Assembly (NCBI GenBank): GCA_976226885.1 | Contig: OZ320323.1 | Coordinates: forward strand, 41,974,001 to 42,038,000 | From: Iphione sp. A-MEVVRFRX5 | Lineage: Eukaryota | Direction of reading: 5' to 3' | DNA: 64,000 nucleotides | Shown here: one piece after another, positions 1 to 9,854 of the stretch | Layout of the letters: every line of letters starts with the position of its first letter | Numbering within the stretch: position 1 is the first letter of the stretch | Notes under the pieces: generated by a model | What the model saw: only the letters and a program-made list of their open reading frames with translations | Databases searched by the model: none | What the model was told of the DNA's origin: nothing | Translations under genes and position numbers: made by a program

Positions 1-3000
1 AGGTTCTTCTCTCTTCTGGACCACAGAGTTCCGACGATACCAGCGAGGTGGGGGTTTCGGTCCTTCCCCTGTTTGGTGATGTACCCTCGGCAGGGGCAGA
101 CGAGGGGAGGGCCGGGGGTCCTTCAGCCCCCCCTGTCCCCCCACAAGGCCCGTCGTGGCCTCTCTCGTCCTTTCCTGCACATCAACTCGTCGTCTCTCCT
201 CGGGAACATGCGCCCCTGGGCTACGTGTCCGCAGCATGTTCACCACCCCTATGACGTTGTCACTCGGGGGCTGCGATGCAGGTTTCAGTAAATCTGTATG
301 TACTACTCGTTGTTTAGACCCGTTCTTCACACGATAAACAACGTCTGATAGCCGCTCACTGACAGTCCAGGGCCCCTGCCAGGTCTTCTCTAACTTCGGG
401 GAACGTCCAACCTTCTTCGTGGGGTTTAGCAACCACACCAATGCCCCTGGTTGAAACGTCTGACTCCGCACGCGCCGGTCGTAGTAATCCTTCTGACGCA
501 CTGCTGATCTCTGGAGACGTTCCCTCGCCAACTGATAGGCCTCGACGATGCGCCCTTGCGTCTTGCTCACTAACTCTCCCCTGGGGGGCACCTCCCCAGG
601 TGGTGCACCGAACATCAATTCAGCCGGAAGTGTCGTCTCCCTGTGGAGCATCAACCAGTTCGGGGTGAAGCCCGTACTGGAATGGGGGGTGGCCCGGTAT
701 GCTGCAACCACGAAAGGAACTCGTTCATCCCAGTCAGATTGTTCTTCATCTACTACAGCGGCCAACATCTTCGCTAGGGTTCGGTTAAACCGCTCTACCA
801 CCCCGTCGCTTTGTGGGTGGTAAGGTGTGGTGCGGGACTTCTCGATACCGAGGAGTTGCAGAAGTTCCCGAAACACTGCTGACTCGAAATTACGTCCTTG
901 GTCTGAATGCACCGCTCGTGGGGGGCCGAACCGACACACTACTTCTTGCAGAAGCACTCGGGCTGTAGTCTCGGCAGTGCCGTCAGGGGTGGGGAAGGCT
1001 TCCACCCACTTGGTAAAATGGTCCGCGACCACTATAATGAACCGATGCCCTCGACGCGTTTGCGGGAACGGGCCACAGACGTCAACGGCGACGAACTCCC
1101 AAGGGCCAGCCACCGGACGGGCTAGTAGTGGCCCTCTGTGTTTGATCGATGGGGCCTTGACCTGCTGGCAAGTCACACAACTCTGTTCCCACCACTCTAC
1201 GTCTTTCCTCAAATGAGGCCAACAGTACCTCAAACGTAGAGCTCCTTCGGTCTTCTTGACCCCCAGATGTCCCCCCATCGGCCCAGCGTGTACGTGTTGC
1301 CAGATGGGTTGTCGGAGGGCCCTAGGCACATAGGTCTGTAGCAGCACGCTTCCGTCTTCTCTCTCCCATCTCCGACGGAGGACGCTGCCATCTTCCATCA
1401 GCCTGGCTCTCTCCCCAAGAAGCCAGCGCTCTTCTGCATCGTAGGGGGTAGGCAGCTCTTCATCTTCAGCCCCTCCGCGGAGGGCTAGCAACAGGGCCTT
1501 AGACATCCGCTCGGCGTATTGGGCTTCTTGAAGGGCGTTACCAGTTTCTTCGGCCAACTGCACTGAACCAACTCGGGCTGTCTCCTCGGTCTCTTCCCGG
1601 CGTCCGCACTGTGTACACTCCACTCGTGACAACCCGTCGGCGTTACCATGGTTCCGCCCAGGGCGGTGAATTATGGTGAGATTGTACGTATACACTTCTT
1701 CGAGCCAGCGGGCCAGTTGTCCCTCCGGCTCCTTGAATTGACAGAGCCAGCGTAGTGAATTGTGGTCTGTACGAATAGTCACATGTTGGTCTCCCAAATA
1801 CGGTCGAAATTTTCTCAAGCCGAACACCACCGCCAATAGCTCTTTCCGTGTGACACAATAATTACGCTCAGCCTTCGTCAGGGTCCGACTTGCATAAGCG
1901 AGCACCCGTTCTACGCCGTCCTGATCTTGGGCAAGGACCGCTCCGATACCCCCGGCCGAGGCGTCTGTATCCAGATGAAGGTTTCCATCAGGACGTGGGT
2001 ATCCTAAGATGGGAGCGGACGTGAGACGATTCTTCAAGTCTTCAAACGCTGTCTCGCAATCGCTATTCCAACGGAATTCCGCCTCTTTTTGTAGAAGGGC
2101 ATTCAGGGGAGCAGTCAACATAGCAAACCCTTTTACGAAGCTTCGGTAATAGGAGCATAACCCCAAGAAGCTCCTTAGTTCCGTTAGACACCGCGGCCGC
2201 GGCCACTTCTGAACTGCTGCAATCTTCTCAGGATCGGGCCCAACTCCTTCGGCTGAGACTAGATGTCCCAAGTAAGCGACCTCTCTTCGGAATAGCTGAC
2301 ATTTACTGGGTTTCACTTTCAGGCCCGCAGCGGATAACCGAAGGAACACTTCTTCAAGGTGATCAACCATCTCGTTCACATCCTTCCCTATGATAATAAC
2401 ATCATCTAGGTAGACGAGGCAGGTTTGCCCTACCAACCCCCGAAGTACTGCTTCCATGAGTCGCTCGAACGTCGATGGAGCGTTACACAGTCCGAATGGC
2501 ATCACGGTAAACTGGAATAATCCGGAGGTGGTACATACGGCAGTCTTCTCACGGTCTTCGGGCTTTAACTTCACTTGCCAGTACCCCGCAGCTAGGTCGA
2601 TGGCGGAGAAGTACGTAGCCCCTTGTAAAGCGTCTAAAGTGTCGTCGATTCGCGGTAGAGGATACGCGTCCTTCTTGGTAACCCGGTTCAGGCCGCGATA
2701 GTCTATACAAAACCTCCACCCGCCGTCCTTCTTCCGTACCAACACCACCGGAGAGGCCCACGGACTAGTGGAGGGTTCGATGACACCTTTCTTCATCATA
2801 CTCTCGATCTCCTGCTGTACGATCTTCCTCTTCTGGGGGGGAAGGCGTCGCACCCTCTGGCGAAGAGGGGAGTGCCCTTGAGTATCTATCCCATGTGCGA
2901 TCACGTCGGTACGTCCCAACGACCCTCCTTCTTCTTGGAAAACTTCTCGACAACGTTCCAGCATCTGCCCTATCGCTTCTTTCTCGGGGGTCGACAATTC

Positions 3001-3366
3001 GTCGGGGAGACTGGACTTCAACAACTCGACCGCTGGGCTAGGCTTGCAGCTCTTGACCTCCTCCGTCGGTCCATCTTCCGGGGAACTCAGCTTCACGGCC
3101 GAGGTCCGTCCGACCACCATGCCTTTCCGTAAACGCACGCGGGAACACCCTGGGTTGCACACGGGCACCCAGCCGGTACTGGCGTCAGCCTCCCACAGCG
3201 ACCTGGCTACGCGGACTCCTGTCTTGGCCTCAAACCCCGCCGCTCCCTCCACCAGGACCTCCTCGGCGATACCCGTGCCCGGCTCCAGGGTCACCTCTGC
3301 ATAACTTATGCTACCGCCTTCCACTGCTGTATCCTCGGCTAACCTCACCAATCGACTTGACCAACG
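1..3366 (-). CDS. pol: Pol: reverse transcriptase, RNase H and integrase (stop-free frame, open to the window edge)
   Basis: Manual translation: WASPVVLVRKKDGGWRFCIDYRGLN, MPFGLCNAPSTFER, VYLDD (RT); DTDAS and YCVTRKELLAVV (RNase H); H-x6-GH...C-x2-C zinc finger, VAVD...HSDQG...VERFN (DDE integrase); WQGPW (GPY/F-like). The ORF track missed it because it lacks a start codon. Confidence 0.95.
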
Positions 3367-3844
3367 TCAGATGTAAGACGGAGGCAGAGGTGTCCAGCAC
3401 TGCTTTCCAACGGGTGAGAGTATCCATGCCTAGTATGCCGTCACAATCGATGTTCGCCACTAGCACGGTTACCGGTAACCGGACCCCATCAAGGGTCACC
3501 TCTACCTCGACGCGTCCCTCTACCTGTAGGGGGTTCCCATCCGCGCACAACACTCGTCCGGGTACGTCTTCTGGGTGTCCCAGGCGAAGGGTGGCCGCCT
3601 TCCGCGCGCTCAGCAAGGTGAGGGAAGCCCCAGTGTCCACCAACCACTGAATCTTCTGACCTTGAACGTAGCCGCTCACGATGATTCCTCGTCCAGTCTT
3701 GTCAGGGTCGCCATCTAGCCGGACTTGCCGCCAACCTTCGTCATCCACCGTCACCCTGCGCAGGTGCTCTTCTAGGGTCGAGGGGCTCTCACAAACTCCG
3801 GCCGCTCGCTCTACTGATTGGGAGCGGCCGGTCCCCCGTTTCCC
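3311..3844 (-). CDS. Pol N-terminus: aspartic protease, in the -1 frame relative to gag and out of frame with RT
   Basis: WLVDTGAS active site and CDGILGMD motif. The frame is open from the slippery site at 3844 to a TAG at 3311-3313. Confidence 0.9.
   Translation of the reverse strand, partial: GKRGTGRSQSVERAAGVCESPSTLEEHLRRVTVDDEGWRQVRLDGDPDKTGRGIIVSGYVQGQKIQWLVDTGASLTLLSARKAATLRLGHPEDVPGRVLCADGNPLQVEGRVEVEVTLDGVRLPVTVLVANIDCDGILGMDTLTRWKAVLDTSASVLHLTLVKSIGEVSRGYSSGRR
3798..3844 (-). promoter_or_regulatory. -1 programmed ribosomal frameshift signal
   Basis: In the gag frame TCG GGA AAC gives the heptamer G-GGA-AAC (3838-3844), then a 6-nt spacer and a perfect 10-bp stem CCGGCCGCTC/GAGCGGCCGG (3822-3831 and 3798-3807). 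A -1 slip enters the protease frame. Confidence 0.88.
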
Positions 3845-5115
3845 GACTTTGCTTGACTGGTAGTAGCATCCTTCAGCTTCGGACAGTCCCGCTTGAAATG
3901 TCCCGGGTCATCGCACAGGAAGCATCCTTTCTTCTTCTGTCGCCTGGGGACGATGACTTCCTCCTGCTTCTTTAAAAGTTGTTGCAGCAGTTCCTCAATG
4001 CGTCGCCAGGAGCTAGACGTTGCTTCCTTGCCTCCTTCCGCGGGGGCAACCCCAGGGGCTTCGATGGCGTGAACTCTCCGAGGGCTCCGCTCCTTCTTAC
4101 TATCGTAATACGACTCTGCGAGTTGGGCCTCCGAGAGTGCGGTCCTGAACGTGGTGACTCGGGCTTGGGTGACCCACTTCCTCTCCTTCTCGTTGGCGAG
4201 CGCCCCCAGGAAATATTCTCTGCACATCCGGTCTTTCCATTGGCCTGCTGCTTCCGGATAGGCGAGTCGCACCAAGCGTTCCACATCATCGGCCAAGTCT
4301 GCCAACTTCTCACTCTTTCCTTGGCGCCTATACTTCAATTGTTGCATATAAGCGTCTGTCTGGTCGGCTGGCTGGAAGCGGTCCTGTAAGGTCTTGACAA
4401 TTTTCTGGTACGCGCCCTCTTCATCCATATCGACCTGGGCATTCCTCAAGGCCGTCCGCGCCGCCTTCCGCAGGGATACCCCCAACTGTAACGCCTTCTC
4501 ACGATCATCCCAACGGTTCGCCGCCGCAACCAGCTCGTAATGGTGAAGGAAGTCTGGTAGTGAGGTGGTGCCATCAAACGTGTCGGCCTTGATGCTTGAT
4601 CGCCGTGACCTCTCGGCGGGAGCCATCACCCTCCACAGCTCGTCCATCAACCCACGTACTGCCTGGTCTTCTGTAGGGTTGGCTTCCACCAACTCTTCAT
4701 CGCTCGAGGAGTCCCTCCCATCAGACGAGTCCTCATCGCTTCCAGGGTCTTCGAGTTCTCGCCTCAACCTATTCACCTCTGTCTCTACCATTCCGGGTCG
4801 TGGTGCTGTCGCGGACCGCCCAACCACGATCCCTTCGCCAGCACCGTCAAGGGGTGAGAGTGCCCTCCTCCGTGAGACGGGGGTAGCCTCCGTCTCTTCC
4901 TTCGGCCGCACGGTCCTAGCCCCTCCTCGAACTTCCACTAGGAACTCGCTTGCGTTCTCCGCCTCCAGCGGCGTCTCCGCCACTTCAGCGAGTTCCGCCG
5001 CCGAGGAGGACTCCGCACCCAGCGCCAACTCCGCCGGCGGGGACGTCTCATTCTCCGCCTCGGAGAAAGGCACAATCCCACCGCTGCCACCAATGTTACG
5101 ACCCGACCTCAACAT
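3811..5115 (-). CDS. gag: Gag, 434 aa, with capsid-like region and CCHC zinc knuckle
   Basis: FDGTTSLPDFLHHYELVAAANRW capsid-type motif; CFLCDDPGHFKRDC knuckle; position between PBS and protease. Confidence 0.93.
   Translation of the reverse strand: MLRSGRNIGGSGGIVPFSEAENETSPPAELALGAESSSAAELAEVAETPLEAENASEFLVEVRGGARTVRPKEETEATPVSRRRALSPLDGAGEGIVVGRSATAPRPGMVETEVNRLRRELEDPGSDEDSSDGRDSSSDEELVEANPTEDQAVRGLMDELWRVMAPAERSRRSSIKADTFDGTTSLPDFLHHYELVAAANRWDDREKALQLGVSLRKAARTALRNAQVDMDEEGAYQKIVKTLQDRFQPADQTDAYMQQLKYRRQGKSEKLADLADDVERLVRLAYPEAAGQWKDRMCREYFLGALANEKERKWVTQARVTTFRTALSEAQLAESYYDSKKERSPRRVHAIEAPGVAPAEGGKEATSSSWRRIEELLQQLLKKQEEVIVPRRQKKKGCFLCDDPGHFKRDCPKLKDATTSQAKSGNGGPAAPNQ
5074..5092 (-). 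promoter_or_regulatory. Primer-binding site complementary to the tRNA-Leu 3' end
   Basis: The plus strand reads AATCCCACCGCTGCCACCA, which I recognise as the 3' end of metazoan tRNA-Leu(AAG/TAG) plus CCA. It lies 1 nt from the LTR end. Confidence 0.88.
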
Positions 5116-5277
5116 ATTTCAATAAAGGCGTCTTTGTAGAAGAGGTGTTGTTTATTCAACGTCAAAACGAGAACTGAACTAACTTCTCCGCACACCCTCC
5201 TTATATACATACAGCCATAAGTGGCGGAGCACTAGATAACTGCGGAACTTCAGTAACTGCGGAGTACCTCCGCTACA
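5094..5277 (-). repeat. 5' LTR, about 184 bp
   Basis: Minus strand begins TGTAGCG and ends CGTAACA. It contains a TATATAA box near 5200-5208, AATAAA at 5150-5155 and a direct repeat TAACTGCGGA x2. Confidence 0.8.
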
Positions 5278-5498
5278 ATATGAAGAATTTTGACCAGTTT
5301 TCAGTTTTTTGCTGAATTTCCATGGATTTGGTTGTTTTTCTACTGTATTTACCAAAAACACATGCCATGAAAACATGTATCTAAGGAAATTTAGTCCTGG
5401 AAACTCTTTGGGGCTAAACAATTTTTAGGTAGGGTTTATCACCCACCTGTGAGGTTTAGGGTGGGTTACCAGAAACACACCTATTTTTTGGGCCTTAA
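5278..5498. mobile_element. Partial PIF/Harbinger (Tourist)-like MITE, interrupted by the Gypsy element
   Basis: Ends ...ACCAGAAACACACCTATTTTTTGGGCC-TTA. It is the reverse complement of the repeat near 11481-11690, and a similar end lies at 63960-63990. Confidence 0.6.
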
Positions 5499-5610
5499 CT
5501 TCCTCATGCACCAAAAAGTGCAGGAACAAAAACGTCTACTTCCTTGGACGGACCACAAATGAGAGTGCGTGGTGTGGTACTGATGAAAAAGATGGAGGAA
5601 TTCCCAATTA

Positions 5611-6816
5611 TCACCCACCTGTACACACGCCGGCCTTGACAGCGGCACCTGGTGGCAGTAGGATAGACACTAGGCTGACGGTGTCGCCGGCTACCGGTCC
5701 ACACAGTAACTCCTCGGCCGCCGTCCAGCAGAGCATACCGTCCCGGAAGTCGATGGAGCCAAAGCCCCGGATGCGGGAATTACCGCCGTAGATGCTGGGA
5801 AGACTGACGCTGTGGACCCACGTGGGAGTCGTCCCTCGGACGGCCTGTACCAAGCTCATTGTGACGTCACAAGCCGCCTTCTTGATGAGCTGTAAGTAGA
5901 AGAGCAGTTTGCCGGTAGAGGGCGTCCCCTCCTGGAGGACCACCGTCAGGGGCCCCGCCACCCACGTGTCGATGGGCACCTGCTCCGTGTACTCGTGCTC
6001 GTAGATGGTGGTCACGTGGTCTGAGCAGCTCAGGACGGGGAACTCCACGCCCACCTCTTCGTACTTGATCGCCCGGGCGAGCTGCTCGTCACAAGCCGAG
6101 TTCAACACCCGCACTTGGATACGTCGGCGGAAGGGCGGCGACTGGCCGCTGCCCCACGACCCAAAGATGGCGCTGAGGACGAAGTAGACGCGGCCGTCGA
6201 AGAGCGCGAACGAACTCCAGCCGCACTTCCAGTCGCAGCTGATCAAGAGCGGATTGGCGTCGTCCACCAGTTTGACGTAAGGCAGGATGGTCTCCAGGGG
6301 CATGGCAGACGCCGGAGAGGCGCCGAAAGTACCGGAAGACTGCCCAATGCCATCCGAAGCGGCGCCGAAGGCATCCGAAACAGGATCGGAGGCACCGCGG
6401 GCCGGCCGGCGATTGAAGGGCTCGTAGGTCGGGCAGACGTTGCCGCGGCCGACCACCTGCATGCCGGTCTGGGGGTCCTTCACCTCCACCAGGGCGTGGC
6501 GGGTGACGGGGTCGTAGGAGAGCGTGTTGATACGGATACCGTCGTAGACGTAGGTCGTCGGTAGATCCATCTCCTGGTAGCCGTGGTTGAATAGGTTGTC
6601 CGCACGGCCCCGTCGAGAGTGGTTGAGAAAACCTCCCCAGAGACCAGCGGCGTGGAGGCCGTCGTAACCAGGCGACGACAGGAACAGGAAGCCGCCGCTG
6701 CTACCGCAGCCCACCGACCGCCAACACTGCGCTAAGGTCGCGCAGAGGACGACCAGCGGCCACACAGGCGGGCGGGCGGGGAGGGTGTAGGTGGCCGGAA
6801 ACCTGGGACCAGCCAT
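5611..6816 (-). CDS. Uncharacterised predicted secreted protein, 401 aa from Met at 6816; possible divergent YWTD/NHL-type beta-propeller; may be one large exon of a longer gene
   Basis: Long GC-rich ORF in AT-richer flanks. Hydrophobic signal-like segment VWPLVVLCATLAQCWRSVGC. Splice acceptor TTCCCCTTTGCCAG just upstream (exon start 6835) and donor CAG/GTGGGT at 5619/5618. Propeller-like strands LSYDPVTRHALV, FALFDGRVYF and SIDFRDGMLCWT. Confidence 0.75.
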   Translation of the reverse strand: MAGPRFPATYTLPARPPVWPLVVLCATLAQCWRSVGCGSSGGFLFLSSPGYDGLHAAGLWGGFLNHSRRGRADNLFNHGYQEMDLPTTYVYDGIRINTLSYDPVTRHALVEVKDPQTGMQVVGRGNVCPTYEPFNRRPARGASDPVSDAFGAASDGIGQSSGTFGASPASAMPLETILPYVKLVDDANPLLISCDWKCGWSSFALFDGRVYFVLSAIFGSWGSGQSPPFRRRIQVRVLNSACDEQLARAIKYEEVGVEFPVLSCSDHVTTIYEHEYTEQVPIDTWVAGPLTVVLQEGTPSTGKLLFYLQLIKKAACDVTMSLVQAVRGTTPTWVHSVSLPSIYGGNSRIRGFGSIDFRDGMLCWTAAEELLCGPVAGDTVSLVSILLPPGAAVKAGVCTGG

Positions 6817-7097
6817 TAACGAAGTGTAGATGAACCTGGCAAAGGGGAATGAATCATTTTTTTTATTTACCGAGGAAACGCTATCAAGCAAGCACACGTC
6901 AACAAAAGTATCATGCATTAGAACAGTTTTCTGTAGCGCATCTTAAAATATTTGGTGGCATCATATTTCTATCAGGGCTACCAAGTCAACCATGGTTCGC
7001 AGGTGACGCCCTCATTTTTGACCCCTGATCCGTACAGTCACCCACCTGATTTACTCGTCTCTCCCTTTTACTATTATACAGTCCAGACCCTTAGCCT

Positions 7098-7247
7098 AAG
7101 GGGTATCGGGGATATCGTCCTATACCTACCACAAACATTTCTACATACATACCTGCACAGAGATGGTTGCCAGGAGGTCCACCTCTGGGGTACTGGACTG
7201 GAGGTATCGCCCGATACCCCCTACAAACATTTCTGCCTACGGGCCTG
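7098..7247. mobile_element. Partial copy of the CAGGCCCGTAGC-TIR MITE
   Basis: Reverse-orientation match to 12257-12330, with the GGTATCGnnCGATACC internal palindrome and a CTACGGGCCTG end. Confidence 0.6.
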
Positions 7248-9703
7248 CAGTCACCCACCAGGAATGCCTCCGACATTTTTATTGCCTGCTTTAAGTTTCT
7301 CAAATTTCGATAGACCTCGGAAATGTGTGTGTGTGTGTGTGCGTACATGAAATTGGCTGACACTGGCTGTTTAAGTCGTATGTACACATGCACTGTACCC
7401 TTTTTTTGAAAAACAAGTTTATTCATCCTGGCAGCATACAATAATAGTATTTTGATCCAGCGATGGTCAGTTCAACGAGACACTACATTTATTCTTCTAG
7501 ATCACATCAAGTCAAACGTAGTGAATACTCGATTAACCATACAGGGTTGAAACGCTCCCGTGTATTCTCATATTACGGTATGCAAACATACACACATGCA
7601 CCACACCTTCATGGATACAGGAGTCAAGGAAATTATTGAAGCCAGTGGTGGTCTCCATGAAACCAAAGCTGCGTCCTTTCTCATTTCCACGTCGAACGCT
7701 TTACGACTGACATCATTCGCGCGTGCAAATAGTGCCCTGGGTTGTCATGGCTACGTATTGCTACAGCAACCATCAGATCGGCTGTCTAGTTAGTTACGGG
7801 TTCGGAGGCCATGTTTGTTTGGAGCAAAGACAAGCTGTCTGGACCGTGCTTTAGGCGGGTGATATATGAGGGTGTGCGTTTGTGTGCCCAAGCCCTGGCT
7901 GCACGGCAAGCTCAAACATATCCTTGTTTAGTCAAGAGGAAAGTGCCGTATCAGCTAGTGCCAGGCCACTGGGAGATAGTAAATGTATTCACTCTGACTA
8001 ACAAAGACGTTGGAATGGTGGAAGTAAATATAACTGTCTAGAGTACAAACGTTTGGAATACTGACAGCATTGTGGTCCGGTTCGATCTCCACCATGGTCA
8101 ACGTGATGGAGAAGCAGATTGCTATATGTACTTTCTAATGTTCTCAGTCTCCTCTAAACAAGGACCACAAACATGAGGGTTGGGATTCGCTGAGTGCTTG
8201 ATATAGCGGCTTTCATCGGTAGGACCAACTTCTCTTACATTTCCTATTTCATTTCCTCGACCTGCTTGCTAATTAGACCCCAGCCCCCCCCCCCGCATCG
8301 TGTGAAGACGATTTGTTCTTAGAAGGAAATTACTAATATACACGTATATATCCTTCTAATGCTCAACTGACAGTCAGATTGTATCGATGTAATTTACCGG
8401 TGGTTATGTAAACCCCTTGAAGAATGTGTTATCAGAGGAATCTATAACTAACTGAATGCGTTAACTTTGAGATATTGGCACAATACTAAAGCATGCACTC
8501 CCTCCCTTGATTACTGAACTACTTATCACGTAGATCTACATTACACATGTTCAAATGTATACTTGTAACACTGGTAACTTATTTCACACGACTTCCTGAA
8601 AGGTGTACCACAGTTAAGTTAAACTAACCACTTGTCATCAATATTGAATGGATTACATTATGAATAGACGTACTGGTAACTTGGCCAGTGGTCTTGTCCC
8701 TCATCACAATGTTTGTCAGTCTTATACACAGGGGGGTCAACTATGCTGGTGAACCATTATTGAGTTATTTAATTCCGCGCCAAACGCTATTTGCTCTTTC
8801 ATATAGAGGCGAAGCGTTATGAAGCAATTTCTGGTGAAGCGTTACCAGCTAAAGAATTCTTGGTGAAGCGTTATCTGCTCATTGTTTAAGCGTTATTGCT
8901 GATCTGGATGAATCGTTATTTGCTATACCCTGATCCCCACTGTTTACACAAACGTGTTGTTATTTCATATATAGAGGAAGAAGGGGCAAATATTTAAAAA
9001 AAAACTCAGCTTGCCTTTTCGATCCAGTCCGCGAATGTTCCACGAGGAAAGTTGATCCTTTTGCAGGTATTTTATAGCAGAGATCGTTTGAAATTTCACT
9101 AGAAAGAACTGGAGATTTCTGCTTCGTTACGTACAGTTGTCCTAAAACTATGCCTGTGAATGTCTAATGTGCTCAGCTCCGGTTTCAAGATAAATTTCCA
9201 CGATAACCGCGTCTTTTGGTTGGTCTACGCTAGAATCCATCACCAAACATGAGCCAACGTTCCATTGTTATTATCCCTGTATGGATCCCTGTGAGTAACT
9301 AACGAAATGGAGCCAAGATACCCGGAGAAATTACTTCAGCCTTGTACGTTGCCTCGAGGTTGTGCTTCATCCAAGCACATGGACGACTGTCCTCTCATGG
9401 GTGGGAGTACCAGTATGTATATATGTGCGTGTGTGTGCGTGTGTGTGTGTCCCCTCTGAGACGCCGCTGGGCTGTCACGCTGACGTCCGAGCGGCGGGTG
9501 CAGGAATAACCATCCGGGTTAGGACCCTTAGGTCACTCCACCCACTACTAACACCCCCACCCTCCCACTCCTCCTTTCCCATACGGCATTCCATCCCTCC
9601 GTCACAGTTTTCGACCATTAGATCTGGCTTGTACACCTCTTTAGCCAAGTAATCTATGTGATCAGATACTTTCAGGTCGTTTCTTACAGCAAATTAGAAA
9701 CTG

Positions 9704-9854
9704 NNNNNNNNNNNNNNNNNNNNNNNNNNNNNNNNNNNNNNNNNNNNNNNNNNNNNNNNNNNNNNNNNNNNNNNNNNNNNNNNNNNNNNNNNNNNNNNNN
9801 NNNNNNNNNNNNNNNNNNNNNNNNNNNNNNNNNNNNNNNNNNNNNNNNNNNNNN
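9704..9854. other. Assembly gap (N run); other gaps at 42925-43097, 44870-45003 and 61605-61814
   Basis: N characters. Confidence 0.99.

Larger units (their letters stand above)
1..5277 (-). mobile_element. Ty3/Gypsy LTR retrotransposon (5' LTR, PBS, gag, pol); 3' end runs off the window
   Basis: Domain order Gag-PR-RT-RNaseH-IN on the minus strand. PBS directly follows an LTR with TG...CA ends. ATAT beside the LTR could be one half of a 4-bp TSD. Confidence 0.97.

Noticed and set aside
48-3863. Plus-strand and off-frame ORFs over the retrotransposon
   Set aside because: Antisense or shifted shadows of the GC-rich pol frame with no recognisable motifs.
8070-8100. GGTTCGATCTCC B-box-like motif (tRNA or SINE)
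   Set aside because: No A box or cloverleaf identifiable.
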